Below, one piece after another: positions 62,350-64,000 of a stretch of DNA of 64,000 bases. Source of the stretch: Paraphysomonas bandaiensis (taxonomy: Eukaryota > Protista > Chrysophyceae); NCBI GenBank assembly GCA_965644295.1, contig CBFFRP010000052.1:21721-85720 (forward strand). The letters run 5' to 3'. The notes under the pieces are model-generated. The model was not told where the DNA came from, made no database searches, and saw only the letters and a list, made by a program, of their open reading frames with translations. The position numbers and the translations under genes are program-made. The stretch's first letter is position 1. Each line of letters opens with the position of its first letter.

Positions 62350-64000
62350 AAATGAGCAGGGTGGGAAAAGGATGTGCAAGGCTCTGCTTGATACTGGCGC
62401 GTCGGCGAACTTTATTAGTAAAGACGTTGTACAGTGGTTGATAGAGAGTGATTCTGTTCCAATACCTGTAATTAAGAATATTGCGGGTGGCTTGAAGTCT
62501 GCTTTTGTATTGTGTAGGAGGGGTGTACCCTTTGATGTAAAAATCCTTTCGGAGGCAAAGGAGCCTCCGGGGTTGCAAGCTAGGTTAACTGCTTGGGAAT
62601 TAGATTTAAATTTTGATATTATATTAGGAATGCAGACTGTACGAGAACTAGATTTAGTTGTACATTGCCCTAATGCTTTATGAGCGCGGACAGCGCATGG
62701 CGGTTAGCCAACGTAGTGGGAAACAGCGCATTCCTTCATGCGAGAGAGAGAGATGATCAGTCTGGGGGAGCAGTGCCTCTTGGCCTGGGCGTGCACGCGT
62801 CTTACCCTTGTGGGGGGGAACGAGCCAGCGTTCGTCTACCGCTACGCAAAAATTATGACTTTGGGGTGCAGAGCGAGTTAGCTCCACTCGAGGTAGGAAT
62901 CAATGATAGTGGCGAAGATTGGTCATACCCAGTGGAGGAGCAGTTGCTCTCTCTGGGGGTCGAGGACCCTACTAACTTCTCAACCAGGTCCGCAAGGGAC
63001 CGAGAGAATATGAAGGAGATTCGCGATGATCAATTGGAGTCTATTGATTCTGATTATTTAAGTGCGGAAAAGGATCCGCAAGTGCTTCCAGATAAGATAT
63101 TTGGATCCCCGAGTTTACAGAGTCGTATCCGGGATGTCCTGGGGGAATACAAGGAGATATTCCGATTAGAGATTCGTAAAGGGGAACCAGCCAAGCTGGA
63201 GCCTTTTGAGTTAGAAGTCCGGAACCCGTCTGACACGTGGTTGATACCGGCACATAAATTGCCTCCCCGGAGGTTAGACAGGAGTCGCCAGCGCGAGCTC
63301 CAACATTTGGTGGATAAGCTAGAGAAGTTAGGAGCAATCCAACTTAGCACAGCCACTCATTACAGTCATCCCTTTGTGGTGCCGAAGCCAGATAATAAAG
63401 GGCGGTGGGTAATAGACTATAAAAACTTAAATCGGGTCACGACTTCAGAAAGCTGGCCAATTCCAAATATAAGAGATATGATCTATAGAATTGGTGCCAG
63501 GGGGTAAACGATCCCGTGCTGGGTTGCCTTTATTACTCAAAACGGGGTGTACGAGTGGCTCCGGCTCCCCATGGGTTTAAAGTGCGCTCCATCTTATTTC
63601 CAGAGGCAAATGCAAAATATAGTGCTTGCGGGCCTGGTATATAATGAGTTTTCTTTGCATGCAATATTGGGAAATTATACAAAAAGTCTCAAGCGCATCG
63701 GAAAGTGCTCGACTGGTCAGTGGAGGCCACGGTAGCATTCGATGAGCGGAAGGAGCGAATTCATGAGTGTCCCTTATTATTTTTTATGGATGATGTTTTC
63801 CCCATCTATCTATATACTGATGCATCAATAATAGGGATTGGGGCTCATTTGGTGCAAATCGTGGAGGGTCACGAGCGCACGATTGGTATGATTAGTAAGA
63901 CGTTCGAGTCAACCTTGGCGAAATGGCATACCTGTGAGCAGGAAGGATTTGCCATTTTTGTATGCCTTGAATAAGTGGGAATACTTGTTGAGAGATCGAC
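62350..64000 (+). mobile_element. Decayed Ty3/Gypsy LTR retrotransposon pol (protease, partial RT, RNase H)
   Basis: ALLDTGASANFIS; SHPFVVPKP...RWVIDYKNLN; YEWLRLPMGLKCAPSYFQR; LYTDASIIGIGAHL; frameshifts, stops and a missing YxDD. Confidence 0.93.

Overview
Eukaryotic, gene-dense DNA with short GT-AG introns, most consistent with a stramenopile protist (chrysophyte-like; this is an inference from gene families and style). Ten spliced or single-exon genes are supported: a large multi-pass membrane protein built from a repeated TM module, an unknown protein, a two-repeat voltage-gated cation channel with C-terminal EF-hands, a membrane-anchored JmjC/cupin oxygenase, a WW+TM+GOLD protein, an RsuA-type pseudouridine synthase, a 5.6-kaa mucin/REJ (polycystin-1-like) receptor, a tandem SET protein, a small ankyrin protein and a SAM methyltransferase. 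All four long (TATG)n arrays (0.56-1.0 kb) lie within about 165 bp of a start codon, two of them between head-to-head genes. Tail-to-tail intergenic regions instead hold mobile-element debris. The most notable non-coding signal is a dispersed retroposon family with 12-16-bp target-site duplications, a fixed 5' end that folds like an HDV-type ribozyme, and a covarying GNRA-capped 3' hairpin shared with longer ORF-bearing insertions. Also present are a nested hAT element containing a foldback insertion, solo-LTR-like relics, a decayed Gypsy element abutting a TATG array, and an AT-rich fragment resembling an RNA polymerase largest subunit, possibly of giant-virus origin.
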